This document shows positions 48,165-59,500 of a stretch of DNA of 64,000 bases, piece after piece. The position numbers and the translations under genes were made by a program. Where the stretch lies: the IMG/VR virus record IMGVR_UViG_3300046167_000554, positions 32,001 to 96,000 of that record, one strand, 5' to 3'. Source of the DNA: a virus. Every line of letters begins with the position of its first letter. The stretch's first letter is position 1. The notes under the pieces were generated by a model. It was given only the letters and a program-made list of their open reading frames with translations, had not been told where the DNA came from and did no database searches.

Positions 48165-51100
48165 ATGTCACATACAGATTATGTCAGTGAACGTTTAAGT
48201 CACAGACTTCCAACTTTATTACCCGAGTATTTAAAGGAAGAAGCACCTGCGTTTGAACAATTCATCCGTGCATATTTTGAATTCTTAGAAGCAGAGATAA
48301 TTACTCTAGATTCTCAGAGTGACATTGATGGTATTTTATTAGAAGACAGTCAGGGTTCCATCTTTTTGGAACCCGAAACTGTTGGTGCAACACCCGACAG
48401 AGAAATTTCCAAGATTGTCAATGAGGCATCTATTGGAAACACTAATTCAACTGCAGACCCATATGTTGTCGGAGAGTACATCTTCGGAAAGACAACAGGT
48501 GCAGTTGCACGTATTGAAGTCATTAATAAAAATGTCTTATACGTCAAATCAATTTCAGGAAATGGTTTTAAAAGTAATGAAACCATTGAAGGTAGGAACA
48601 CAAAACAAACTGCAGTAATTAAAACATACAAAGAAAATTCTATACTTGCAAATAACAAGTTACTAGACTATTCGGATATCGACCATACTTCAGAAGAGTT
48701 TCTACAATATTACCAAAACGACTTTATTCCATCATTAGATTTATCATCTACACAGAATAAACGTCTTACAGTTAAAAATATAAACGACCTTTATCAAAAG
48801 AAAGGTACTGCAGAGTCTTTACAATTCTTAATGAGAATAATGTTTGGACAGGATGCAGAGGTCAGATATCCAATTGACGAGACATCACATGTCTCCGAAT
48901 CAGATTACAGTCAAAGAAGAAGGATGGTGGTTCAACTAACGAACTCAAACCTACTTCCAAAGTCAACAGATAAAATACAACACCTAAGAAGTTCAGATTC
49001 GTTTGTTCTTGCAGAGTCTATTATAGAACAGGTGTTTACCTTAGACGCTGCAGAAGGTATCTATTCATTAGAGATAATGGATAACCATGTTGGAACCTTT
49101 GAGAAAGGTGTATTCGTTACATTCCTTGACAGAGACGGAATAACAGAGTATACTGGTACAACATTAGGTGTAATAAATGGAGTAGATTTCAATGAGTCGT
49201 CCATCTACATCGAACATGATGATAGTGGAGTCATATCTACCGAAGATGGTGATGGTATTCTGTTTGAAGAAACAGGTGCTGGTTCACTATACACATTAAA
49301 TGATAGGATTAATTTTGTTGGTCAGAAACTAGACTCAGGTGTAGTTGAAGCAAAATCAATAGTCGATGGTATCACTTCAGGTGGTGTCGAACACATATAC
49401 ATTGAAGATGGTGGAACAGGTTTCCATAACACTTATAGTGCAACAACTAAAGGAACAGTTGATAGCATGAGGTCAGAGGATGGTGAAGACTATGTTGTCA
49501 TGGAAGACAGTGCAAACATCATTACCGAAACCTCTAAAGCATCTACACTAGTATCATTTGACAGTGCATTAGACACTGCAATAAAAGAAGGACACACTGT
49601 ATTTGGAACTAATGTAGATACAGTAAAAGTAGTTTCCATTGCAGACGATAGAAAATCTATAGTAGTTTCCAAACCAATATCTTTATCTACCGACTCTATA
49701 ATTCAAGTCGGTCTACCTCAAATGGTAGTGTTTGATAATACAGATACAGGTGGTTCGGGTGCAGAGGCCTTTATCGGTTCGGTTGGTGATGAAGTAATAC
49801 AAGAGAATGCATCACACTATGGTCAGTTTACATATACTGCAACTGCAAACCAAACACTATTCAATGGTAAAGATGATTTAAATAGAAGAATGTTCTTCAA
49901 TGATGGAACAGTTCAAGTGTTTGTTGATGGTGTAAAGAGAGACCCGTTAAATGCAACATCGGGTTATACACATAAGAACGATAGAGTGACATTTATCAAT
50001 GGTTTATCAGCAGGTGCAATAGTAGACATATACAGAGAGTTCAATAACGTCTTATACGAAGACGGAACACGAATGAACTTAGAAACTACTGAATCTAATA
50101 TCAGAAGTATCTTCATAAACAACCAAGGAACAGGTTATAAAATAGTTCCTAAAGTATATACAGGTGGTTACATCTACTTTAAAACTTCTGCAGAAGTAAA
50201 TCAATATGAAAAAGCAGAAGGTCTAACAGGTGGTACATCAAATGCAACTGGTAAAGTATTAAGACTTGAACCCAACAATAAGAGAATAGTAGTATCAAGA
50301 GACTCAACAGATACAGGAACCTTTGTAGCAGGTGAGATAATTAACGGAACAACTGCAGTCAATGTTGCAACTCAAGTCAATGTAACTAGTGGAACTGGTG
50401 CAAAGATATTTGCATGGTCAAGTAAGATTGGTGGTATTACCTCAGTCAACTTTGAAAGTCAAGGATATAACTTTGATTCAAATGGTGTGTTAGGTTCATC
50501 TTCACAACATAATATGTTGATTGAAACACCGACTGCAATTCCAACAAAAGATTTAGTACTAACTGGACAAGTATCAGGAACAACTGCAACTGCAGTATCT
50601 TATGATGCAGATAGACACATACTAAAATACTCATCATTAAATGGAGAGTTTGTTGATGGTGAACAAGTAAAATACAACAATACAGATTATTTTCATATCC
50701 TAAAAACACAAAGATTTAATGGTCAAGGTGTTATGGGTGGTGAAGGTATTATAGAAAGACAGTTCTTAGGAGATAGAGGTCAAGCAAGTTCAAGTGTTGC
50801 AAATATACAAGATGGATATCTCTATCAATCTCACTCATATGTTATCAAAGTCGGTGAGTCTATTAACAAATACAGGTCAGCAGTTAAAGACCTACTTCAC
50901 CCAGCAGGACACATCTTCTTTGGTGAGGTTGCAATTAAGAATAATATATCTGCAGTACCTGAAAATCAATTTAAATTTGTACCTACCATTGTAATATATG
51001 GAGAACCTACACTAGGTGTTGCAAATGCATTTACAAATTCAAGTAGAAGAATACAGTTATACACACTAGACTCTGAAATGAATGACCCACTTGTTGTTCT

Positions 51101-51989
51101 TAGAGCATGTGGGGTTCCCTCACCCGAAACAAACCCTGTAACTGGGGGTGCAATTCTACCATATCAGAAAGTTAATGGTGTAGAAAGTGGTAGAGGAACA
51201 GAAGTCGGAGACTCTATGATGAGAAGTCGTCATATGAACATTCTGAAAATTGTATCTAAGAATATGGCAATAACCCAGTCTTCACCAAGAATTGATGGAG
51301 TAATGTCAGTATTAAATATTGCAACTGCAAATAATGGTTATCTTAGAGTTGAAACCGAGAGAAGACCATCCGACCAAGGTAAGGTATTCCAAATATGGGA
51401 ACCTAACAATGAAGTGTTAATCCTTGAAAGTGGTGGACTTATAGAACTTGAAGAAGAGGCTTGCATCTTAAGGTTTGAACCCGATAAGGATGCAGAAGTT
51501 AAAGGTGACTATGGTGAGAGAATCATATCCGAGGATGGAACAGAACTTTTACGTTTAGAAAGTGCAACAACAGTTGAACCAGTACACTACTTTACGTCAG
51601 AAAGAAACATTGAGTACACTGGAAAGTATATGTATTTTGAAGACCACGATAGGATTGTATCTGAAAGTGGTGAACCAATCATCCAAGACGACAGTAGTGG
51701 TGGAAATTTATCATCATTCGTTCCACTTGGTAGTACAATTAGAACTATAAATACAATTGCAAGACAAAATACATATGATATATCATATTATTTGAAAGAT
51801 GAAACTAACAATGACGATATTGTATTAGAAGATGGAAGTGGTAATGTAATGGTTGAAGGTGCAAAGTCCGAAGGACTCAAAATATCCGACCTAGACAACA
51901 TGTATCCGAAGTTTTACATAGCGGATTATGAAAATCATCAAAGAAAAAGAACAAATTTAACATTTAGTGCATATATAAAGTCTGCATAG
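48165..51989 (+). CDS. gp7: Baseplate wedge initiator gp7-like
   Basis: F..F..AY.EFLE; DID.T..EF; LY..KGT..S..FL.RI.FG; IQD...YQ.HSYV.K; HPAG..FFG. Confidence 0.85.
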   Translation: MSHTDYVSERLSHRLPTLLPEYLKEEAPAFEQFIRAYFEFLEAEIITLDSQSDIDGILLEDSQGSIFLEPETVGATPDREISKIVNEASIGNTNSTADPYVVGEYIFGKTTGAVARIEVINKNVLYVKSISGNGFKSNETIEGRNTKQTAVIKTYKENSILANNKLLDYSDIDHTSEEFLQYYQNDFIPSLDLSSTQNKRLTVKNINDLYQKKGTAESLQFLMRIMFGQDAEVRYPIDETSHVSESDYSQRRRMVVQLTNSNLLPKSTDKIQHLRSSDSFVLAESIIEQVFTLDAAEGIYSLEIMDNHVGTFEKGVFVTFLDRDGITEYTGTTLGVINGVDFNESSIYIEHDDSGVISTEDGDGILFEETGAGSLYTLNDRINFVGQKLDSGVVEAKSIVDGITSGGVEHIYIEDGGTGFHNTYSATTKGTVDSMRSEDGEDYVVMEDSANIITETSKASTLVSFDSALDTAIKEGHTVFGTNVDTVKVVSIADDRKSIVVSKPISLSTDSIIQVGLPQMVVFDNTDTGGSGAEAFIGSVGDEVIQENASHYGQFTYTATANQTLFNGKDDLNRRMFFNDGTVQVFVDGVKRDPLNATSGYTHKNDRVTFINGLSAGAIVDIYREFNNVLYEDGTRMNLETTESNIRSIFINNQGTGYKIVPKVYTGGYIYFKTSAEVNQYEKAEGLTGGTSNATGKVLRLEPNNKRIVVSRDSTDTGTFVAGEIINGTTAVNVATQVNVTSGTGAKIFAWSSKIGGITSVNFESQGYNFDSNGVLGSSSQHNMLIETPTAIPTKDLVLTGQVSGTTATAVSYDADRHILKYSSLNGEFVDGEQVKYNNTDYFHILKTQRFNGQGVMGGEGIIERQFLGDRGQASSSVANIQDGYLYQSHSYVIKVGESINKYRSAVKDLLHPAGHIFFGEVAIKNNISAVPENQFKFVPTIVIYGEPTLGVANAFTNSSRRIQLYTLDSEMNDPLVVLRACGVPSPETNPVTGGAILPYQKVNGVESGRGTEVGDSMMRSRHMNILKIVSKNMAITQSSPRIDGVMSVLNIATANNGYLRVETERRPSDQGKVFQIWEPNNEVLILESGGLIELEEEACILRFEPDKDAEVKGDYGERIISEDGTELLRLESATTVEPVHYFTSERNIEYTGKYMYFEDHDRIVSESGEPIIQDDSSGGNLSSFVPLGSTIRTINTIARQNTYDISYYLKDETNNDDIVLEDGSGNVMVEGAKSEGLKISDLDNMYPKFYIADYENHQRKRTNLTFSAYIKSA

Positions 51990-51992
51990 TGT

Positions 51993-52000
51993 TATAAATA
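51993..52000 (+). promoter_or_regulatory. Late promoter
   Basis: TATAAATA upstream of gp8. Confidence 0.75.
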
Positions 52001-52029
52001 GTATTAAATATCTTAGGAGATAAAATAAA

Positions 52030-53508
52030 ATGGCAGCAATAATTACAGAAAAGTTTAGAGTACATAACGCTAGACAATTCAAAGAAGATTTTGGAGAGGC
52101 AGCTTCAAACACTTACATATTCATAGGACGTTCATACCCATGGACTGATGATACAGTTCCACCAACACCTGCCAATGCAGTTGGTGAAGAAATCGATGCA
52201 TGGTCAGATATGATTGCAATGAAGGAAGTAACTTCTGCAGATGTATCCCATGGTTTAACAAGATATGATTGGGACATCAATGGTGCAACTAAGTATGATG
52301 AATACTCACATGATGTTTCAGCTGCAAATCCATCATCAGCTACAAGTGCAACTAACTTGTATGATGCAAGATTCTTTGTTATAACAGAAGACTACAATGT
52401 ATACAAATGTATTAGAAGTGGAAGAAATAGTTCAGGTGTTGTTGTTAACTCAACAGAAAAACCTTCAGGAACTAGTCCAACTTCTCTAGTAACAACAACT
52501 GATACCGACGCTGCCGCGGGTAGAGGTTATATTTGGAAATACATGTATACTGTAACTGCATCAGATACAATCAAATTTGTAACAAACGACTTCATTCCAA
52601 TTAAAACACTGGGTGCTCAAACAGAAATCAATGGTGATTTAGGTGCATTCGGTTCAGCAGGAACAGATGATGGTTCTGCACAATACGATGTTGAAAACCA
52701 AGCAGTTGATGGTGCAGTTCACCATGTACACGTAAGTGCAGCTGGTTCAGGTTACGTTGGAAACAGTGGAACACATAACTACACTGGTATAACTATCGAT
52801 GGAGATGGTTCAGGTGGACTATGTACAGTTCACGTTGTATCAGAACAGGTTTCACATATTACAGTAACAACGCCAGGAACAGGATATAAACGTGCATCAA
52901 TTGATATTGCAAATATATCAGGTATCGGTAGTGGTAGTGGTGCAAGTGCAAAAGTTATTATCTCTCCTTTATATGGACATGGTGCAGACCCAGTTTCAGA
53001 ACTAGGTGGAAACTATGTAATCGTAAACTCAAGATTAGAGTTTGCTGAAGGTTCAGGTGACTTCCCAACAGACAATGATTTCAGAAGAGTTGGTTTAATA
53101 CAAGACCCATTCAATGTTGGAACAACAACAGTTGCAACAGCATCTACATTGACTGCATATAACCAGTTCTCATGTTCAAGTGTTGCATCTTTAAGTATTG
53201 ATGATACTATATTGAATGCAAACTCAAATGGAGCTGCAGTTGCAGTTGCAAAGGTTGTGTCATTAAGTACTTCAGGAAACATAGTTAAGTACACTACTAT
53301 CGCAAATAATGGTGGTGAGTATGTAAACTTTACAAATGGTGACCAAGTTTATGTAGATGGTTCAAGTGTTGCAACAACAGTAGCACTAAGTGCATCACAT
53401 CCCGAAGTTCAAAGATATTCAGGTGAAATCATGTATATTGAAAACAGAGGTGCAGTGACTAGAGCAGCTGACCAAATCGAAGATATTAAATTAATTATAG
53501 AAATGTAA
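52030..53508 (+). CDS. gp8: Baseplate wedge gp8
   Basis: MAAIIT.KFR..NA; Y.FIGR..PW; VYKC; GYIWKYMYT; GHG.D...ELG; NDFR..GL; ENR....RA.DQ.EDIK..IE. Confidence 0.92.
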   Translation: MAAIITEKFRVHNARQFKEDFGEAASNTYIFIGRSYPWTDDTVPPTPANAVGEEIDAWSDMIAMKEVTSADVSHGLTRYDWDINGATKYDEYSHDVSAANPSSATSATNLYDARFFVITEDYNVYKCIRSGRNSSGVVVNSTEKPSGTSPTSLVTTTDTDAAAGRGYIWKYMYTVTASDTIKFVTNDFIPIKTLGAQTEINGDLGAFGSAGTDDGSAQYDVENQAVDGAVHHVHVSAAGSGYVGNSGTHNYTGITIDGDGSGGLCTVHVVSEQVSHITVTTPGTGYKRASIDIANISGIGSGSGASAKVIISPLYGHGADPVSELGGNYVIVNSRLEFAEGSGDFPTDNDFRRVGLIQDPFNVGTTTVATASTLTAYNQFSCSSVASLSIDDTILNANSNGAAVAVAKVVSLSTSGNIVKYTTIANNGGEYVNFTNGDQVYVDGSSVATTVALSASHPEVQRYSGEIMYIENRGAVTRAADQIEDIKLIIEM

Positions 53509-53550
53509 TTTACGGGGTTCTTAGAACCCCAACAAACAATTGGAAATACT

Positions 53551-56500
53551 ATGCCTGAAAAGACAGACTTAAATATATCACCTTATTACGATGACTACTC
53601 AGAGGATAAGAACTTTCATAAGGTTCTTTATCGTGCTGGTCGTCCTATTCAAGCAAGAGAGTTAACTCAATCTCAATCAATTTTACAAAATCAAATTGAG
53701 AGATTTGGTGACCACATGTTTGAAGAGGGTTCTATTGTTCAAGGAGCTCAAACAGATGTCGACATGGAAATGTACTATGTCAAAGTCAAGAGTGCAAATC
53801 CGAATGATAGTGGAACTGCAACATCTGAGACTTATAGAACGTCTTTCCATGGTAAACTTGTCATCGGTCAAACTTCAGGAGTAGTTGCAAAGGTATTATC
53901 ATCAAGTGCAGAAACTTCAACAGATAAGATGACCTTGTTTGTTAAGTATATGAGACAGGGAACAGATTCTGCAAACTCATTTAAATTTACTGCAAACGAA
54001 GAACTACGTGAATGTCAAGTAGATTCAGGTGGAACATATTCAGAAGTATCAAACAATAACGAATTCCAAGTAGAAACTACAGCAAATGCACCTTGTGGTA
54101 TTGGTTCAATGTCAAAAATATCAGAAGGTATTATATATCTTAGGGGTTTCTTTGTCAAGGTTGATGCACAAGAATTAATACTAGAGAAGTATTCATTCAA
54201 ACCATCATATAGAATTGGTTTGACAATTACAGAAAGTATGGTAGACTCATCTTCTGATACCTCTTTACAAGATAATTCAACAGGTACATCAAACGAAAAC
54301 GCTGCTGGTGCAGATAGACTTAAAGTTGGATTAACACTTTCTAAGTTCACCATTACAGAAACTACAGATGCAAACTTTGTAGAACTTGCAAGAGTTAATC
54401 AAGGTGTCATTGAGATGAAGGTCAATAGACCTATGTACAATGCAATTGAAAACACACTTGCAAGAAGAACATTCGATGCAAATGGTGACTTTATTGTAAC
54501 ACAATTCACTCAATCAATGAGAGAACATTTAGATAACACTATTAACAGAGGGTTCTATCCTGCTAAAAATGGTGGAGATGAAAGTCAATTTGTTATGCAA
54601 ATATCGCCAGGTAAAGCATACGTTAGAGGTTATGAGATTGATAAGATTGGAACAACAACAGTTCCATTCCCAAAAGCAAGAACAACTAAGTCACTTGCAA
54701 ACACTAAGACACCTATTAGATTAGGAAACAAATTAAAAGTTAAAAATGCACACTCATTTCCCGAGTTTGGTAATGAGTCTTCAGGACAATCACAATCACC
54801 TTTCGGTGTTGTAAAGATTTATGATGCAGTTGTAGCTTCAGTAGGAACAGAGAATGCAAGTGGACATATTGGTTTTGCAAGAGTAAGAGATATTGACCAT
54901 AAGTCAGGAACTTCATCAAGTGGAGTATTTGCAAATAGTTCTATCTTTAACATGTACATGTTCGATATTAAGATGTTCACAAAACTTACTGGAACTGCAA
55001 GTGGAACAATCAATGTTGGTGATAAAGTAACAGGAAACGAAAGTAATGCAACTGGTATAGTTGCATATAAATCTAATAATGACCTTTATCTACATGACGT
55101 AATAGGTTCATTCTTAACTTCAGGTACAGAAGATTTAACATTTGGAAACTCAACAGGTAGTTTTGCAAACATATCTGCAGTAAGAAGTTATAATATTGAT
55201 AGAGCAAGGTCTCTATTCCAAGCACCAAAAGTCGGTGGTTCTGCACAAAAATTTACTGCAGACATTAGTTTAGATGCAGACAAAGTGTTGAGTGGAACAC
55301 TTAACATGACTCTTAATAGTCCAACTGTAACAGGTTTTGGAACAAGGTTCTCTGCAGAATTAAAAGAAGGAGATATCCTAGTTGATGGTGTTGGTAATGA
55401 GAGAATTATTCAGTCGTTCAATGCAGACTTTAGTGAGATTACCTTAACAGATGGTGCAGTTGCAACATACAGTGGTAATGTAACAAGAAGACGTGCAAAA
55501 CTAGATGACCAAGACCAAACTGCAAACATATTTGCATGGCCTAGAAACTGGGTTAAGACACATGATGCAGACTTTATAAAAGTAAGAAGACAACAAACAG
55601 AAACAATTTCATCTTCAGGTGCAATACAAATATCACAAACAGATGGTGCATTTGAAGCTAGAAATGCAGACAACTTTAGTATATCAGTTGTAGATGTAAC
55701 TGGTGCAACTTCACCAACACTAGGAAATGGTGACATACTAAACATAGAAGATTATACAAGTGCATCTCCTACAGAAAATGGAGATGGTCAGAACATTTCA
55801 ATCTCAGGATTTGGAGCTGCAAACGAAGATGTTATTCTTAAAGTAACATACTCTATTTTAATTGCAGACCCCGATGCAAGAAGTAAAGACCATAGAAAAG
55901 GAAGGGTTCTAAAAGTAAGTGGAGATAGAAGTGGTTCTTACACTGGTGTGTATGGTTCTGCATTTGCAGATAAAGAAATTACACTAGGTGTTGCAGACGT
56001 ATTTAAGATACATGCTATCTATGAAGGAACAGGGGGAACAACACCTCTTTCTCCTAACGCAACATTTGCTAATACAGTAGGAACGTTTGCAAACTATGAG
56101 ACAATCGTAGGACAAACATCAGATGCACGTGCAGTCATTATAGACTTTAACGCAGGTGCAACATCATATTACTATATGATATCAGGAGTATTTACCGAAG
56201 ATGAGTCTATTGTAGGACAAACTTCAGGTGCAACAGGAACAGTAGATAGTGTATCACAAGGTTCACCAAATATCAAAAACAGATACTTCTTTGACAATGG
56301 TCAAAGAGATGGTTACTATGACTTAGGTAAAATATCACTTAAGCCTGGCGAACCAGCACCTTCAAACTCTATTATTATAGTGTTTGATTACTTTGAAGCA
56401 GGAGCAGGTGACTTCTTTGACGTTGGTTCTTATGACGAGAGTCTTTATAAAGAGATTCCAGTTTACTCACCAAACAAAGTAGACTTGGGTGGATTAGAAC

Positions 56501-59500
56501 CCGATGGAACATTTGAACTTTCAGATTGTGTTGACTTTAGACCAGTTGCTGGTATTGTTCACAATGATACTGATTTTGGAACTGCACCTATGAATGTTGC
56601 AAGTCCAACCGACTTATCAACTGCAATTCAGTTTGCACCATTCGGATATGAAACTGGAACAAGTTTCGATAGTTCTAGAACAGGTATTTCACAAACTAAT
56701 GCATCAACACCCGATACACCTATCAATGGTTCAACAGTTCAAGGTGATATCACTTTCTATGTTGGAAGAATTGATAAACTATTCTTACATCAATCAGGTA
56801 TATTCCAAATAGCAACAGGGATACCAGCTTTATCTCCAACCAAACCAAAGGTTATTGATAATGCAATTGAACTATTCGAATTACAAATACCACCTTACAC
56901 TGCAAAACTTGACAGTATAAGAGTAAGGTCACAAGACCATAGACGATATACCATGAAGGATATCGGTAAGATAAACAACAGGGTTACTAACCTTGAAAGA
57001 GTTACATCTCTTTCTTTATTAGAAAAAGATACACAAACAAAACAGATACTAGATGCAGATGGATTCGATAGATTCAAGTCAGGTTTCTTAGTTGATAACT
57101 TTAGAGGTCATAAGATTGGTGATGTAAATCATCCCGACTATAGAGTTGCTATTGACACTAAACTAGGTGTACTAAGACCACAATCTTATTCACAATTCTT
57201 TGACATGACACTGAATACTGCATCATCTCAAAACTTTACACAAACTGGTGATTTAATCACCTTACCATATAGTGAAGTTAGTTATGTTAATCAAAGTAAA
57301 GCATCAAGACATATTAATGTTAACCCATACCATGTGTTTGCATTTATTGGAACTGTAAAGTTAACACCCGAATCAGATATTTGGAATGATAGTGAAAGAT
57401 TACCTGAAGTTAAAATTAACAGAGAAGGTAACTTTGATGCAGTCATGTCAGAAAATGCTAATGCAATGGGAACAGTTTGGAACTCATGGCAAACCACATG
57501 GGCAGGAGAACCTTCAGTAGTTTCATCAGAGGTATCTGCAACTTCTAATGGTTCATGGAGTGGAGACCCATCACAAGGTGGTGAATGGGTAGCAGGACTT
57601 GAGATTACTAGAGAGATTACAGAGACACCTGAAATACAAACAAGAACAGGTGTAACTACAAGTGTTGTAGAAGATATTGTTGAAACAAGAAACGATAGAA
57701 TTGTAAGTGTTGCACTTATACCTTTCATTCGTTCAAGAACGATTGAGATTGATGCAACAAACTTGAAACCAAATTCAAACCATTACTTCTACTTCGATAA
57801 TATTGCAGTAGACAAATATGTTAGACCACATAGTGCAACATATTCACAAGACAGTGGTGTAACAACAACATCATATTGTAAAACAGATGGTAATGGTAGA
57901 CTTAGAGCATTCTTTACAATACCTAATAATGATACAGAAAGGTTCCCAACAGGACAAAGAGAGTTAAGAGTAACATCTTCTTTCTATAACCTAAGTAACC
58001 CTGCGTCTAATGGTAGTGGAATGTATCAAGCACAAGGATTATTGCAATCATCACAAACAGAGATTACTGCTACAAGAAATGGTAGAGTTATTCTTGACAG
58101 AGTTAGGGGTGAGAGAACAATTAATAGAAGAGGTGAAAGACTTGCAACATCAACATTTGATGAGAATGCACCACCAATACCAGTTGACCAAACACCACCA
58201 ATTCTTGACCCAATTGATGAGTTACCACCAGTACCACCTAGAGGGCCACAATTACCACCACCACCGCCACCGCCACCACCAATCGTGCCACCAATATTAC
58301 CACCAGTAATTGATAGACCAGTGCCGATAGAACTACCAATCATAATAGACGATAGGGGCCCTAATGTCAGAGACTTCGTGTTAGTACCTGATGGAAGGTT
58401 TGTGAGTTCAAGATTAGAAAGAGGTTGGGGTGACCCACTTGCACAATCATTCTTGGTTGAAGCAGCGGGTGGAATGATGATGTCATCAATAGACATATTC
58501 TTCCAATCAAAAGACGCTAACTTACCAGTATCAGTAGATATAAGAAACATGGTAAATGGATATCCTGGCCAGACAATATTACCATTCTCAACAGTGACTA
58601 AAAATCCTGAAGATGTTAATGTCTCAGAAGATGGTGCAACTGCAACAACATTTACATTTGACTCACCAGTTCTTCTAGAAGAAGATTGTGAATATTGTTT
58701 CGTAGTATACTCAAACTCAAATGAATATGAGTGTTTCATATCTAGAATGGGTGAAACAGACCTTGCAACAAGTCAAACAATTAGTGGACAACCATACGCA
58801 GGTTCGTTGTTTATGTCTCAGAATGCATCCACATGGACTGCAGAACAGACTGATGACCTCAAGTTTAACATGAAGATTGCTAAATTTGATACATCTAAAA
58901 CCCCTGTATTATACTTTGAAAATAATGACTTGTCAAGTGCAAAATTACAAGAGAGTCCAATAGAAACATTTAGTGGACAAACATATGTTAAGGTATACAA
59001 CTATATGCATGGTATGTACAACACTGCATCTAATGTAACACTTTCGGGTGTAACAGGAGATAAGACAGGTTGTGTTATGACTATAGGAACACCTAGTGTA
59101 ACAGGAACACCTAATAATGGAACCTTTACGGGTAAAGCATCAACAGGTGGAACAGGAACAGGATTGACATTCGATATAACTGTAGTTGACAATGCAATAA
59201 CAAGTTGTACAATTGCAACTACTGGAAGTGGATATACAGCTGCAGACTCAATCACTATTACAGATTTTGATGGTGCAACTACAGCTGATGCAACTGTAAC
59301 AGTAAGTACTGTTGAAGACACATTAGGTGGAATACCAGTTAATGCAATTAACAAAACATTTACTACAATTGCAAATATGGGTATCGACTCATTCACTGTA
59401 GTACCCGACTTGTCACCATATAACCTTAAAACAAGTTATGCATCTGATGACTCAACATTGGGTGGTGGTGCAAATGTAATGTCAACACGAAACTATTACT

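Noticed and set aside
58026-58739. 237-aa Gly-rich minus-strand ORF (also 44534-45220, 59532-60275 and similar)
   Set aside because: Antisense shadows of real plus-strand genes; the poly-Gly is the reverse complement of the poly-Pro codons.
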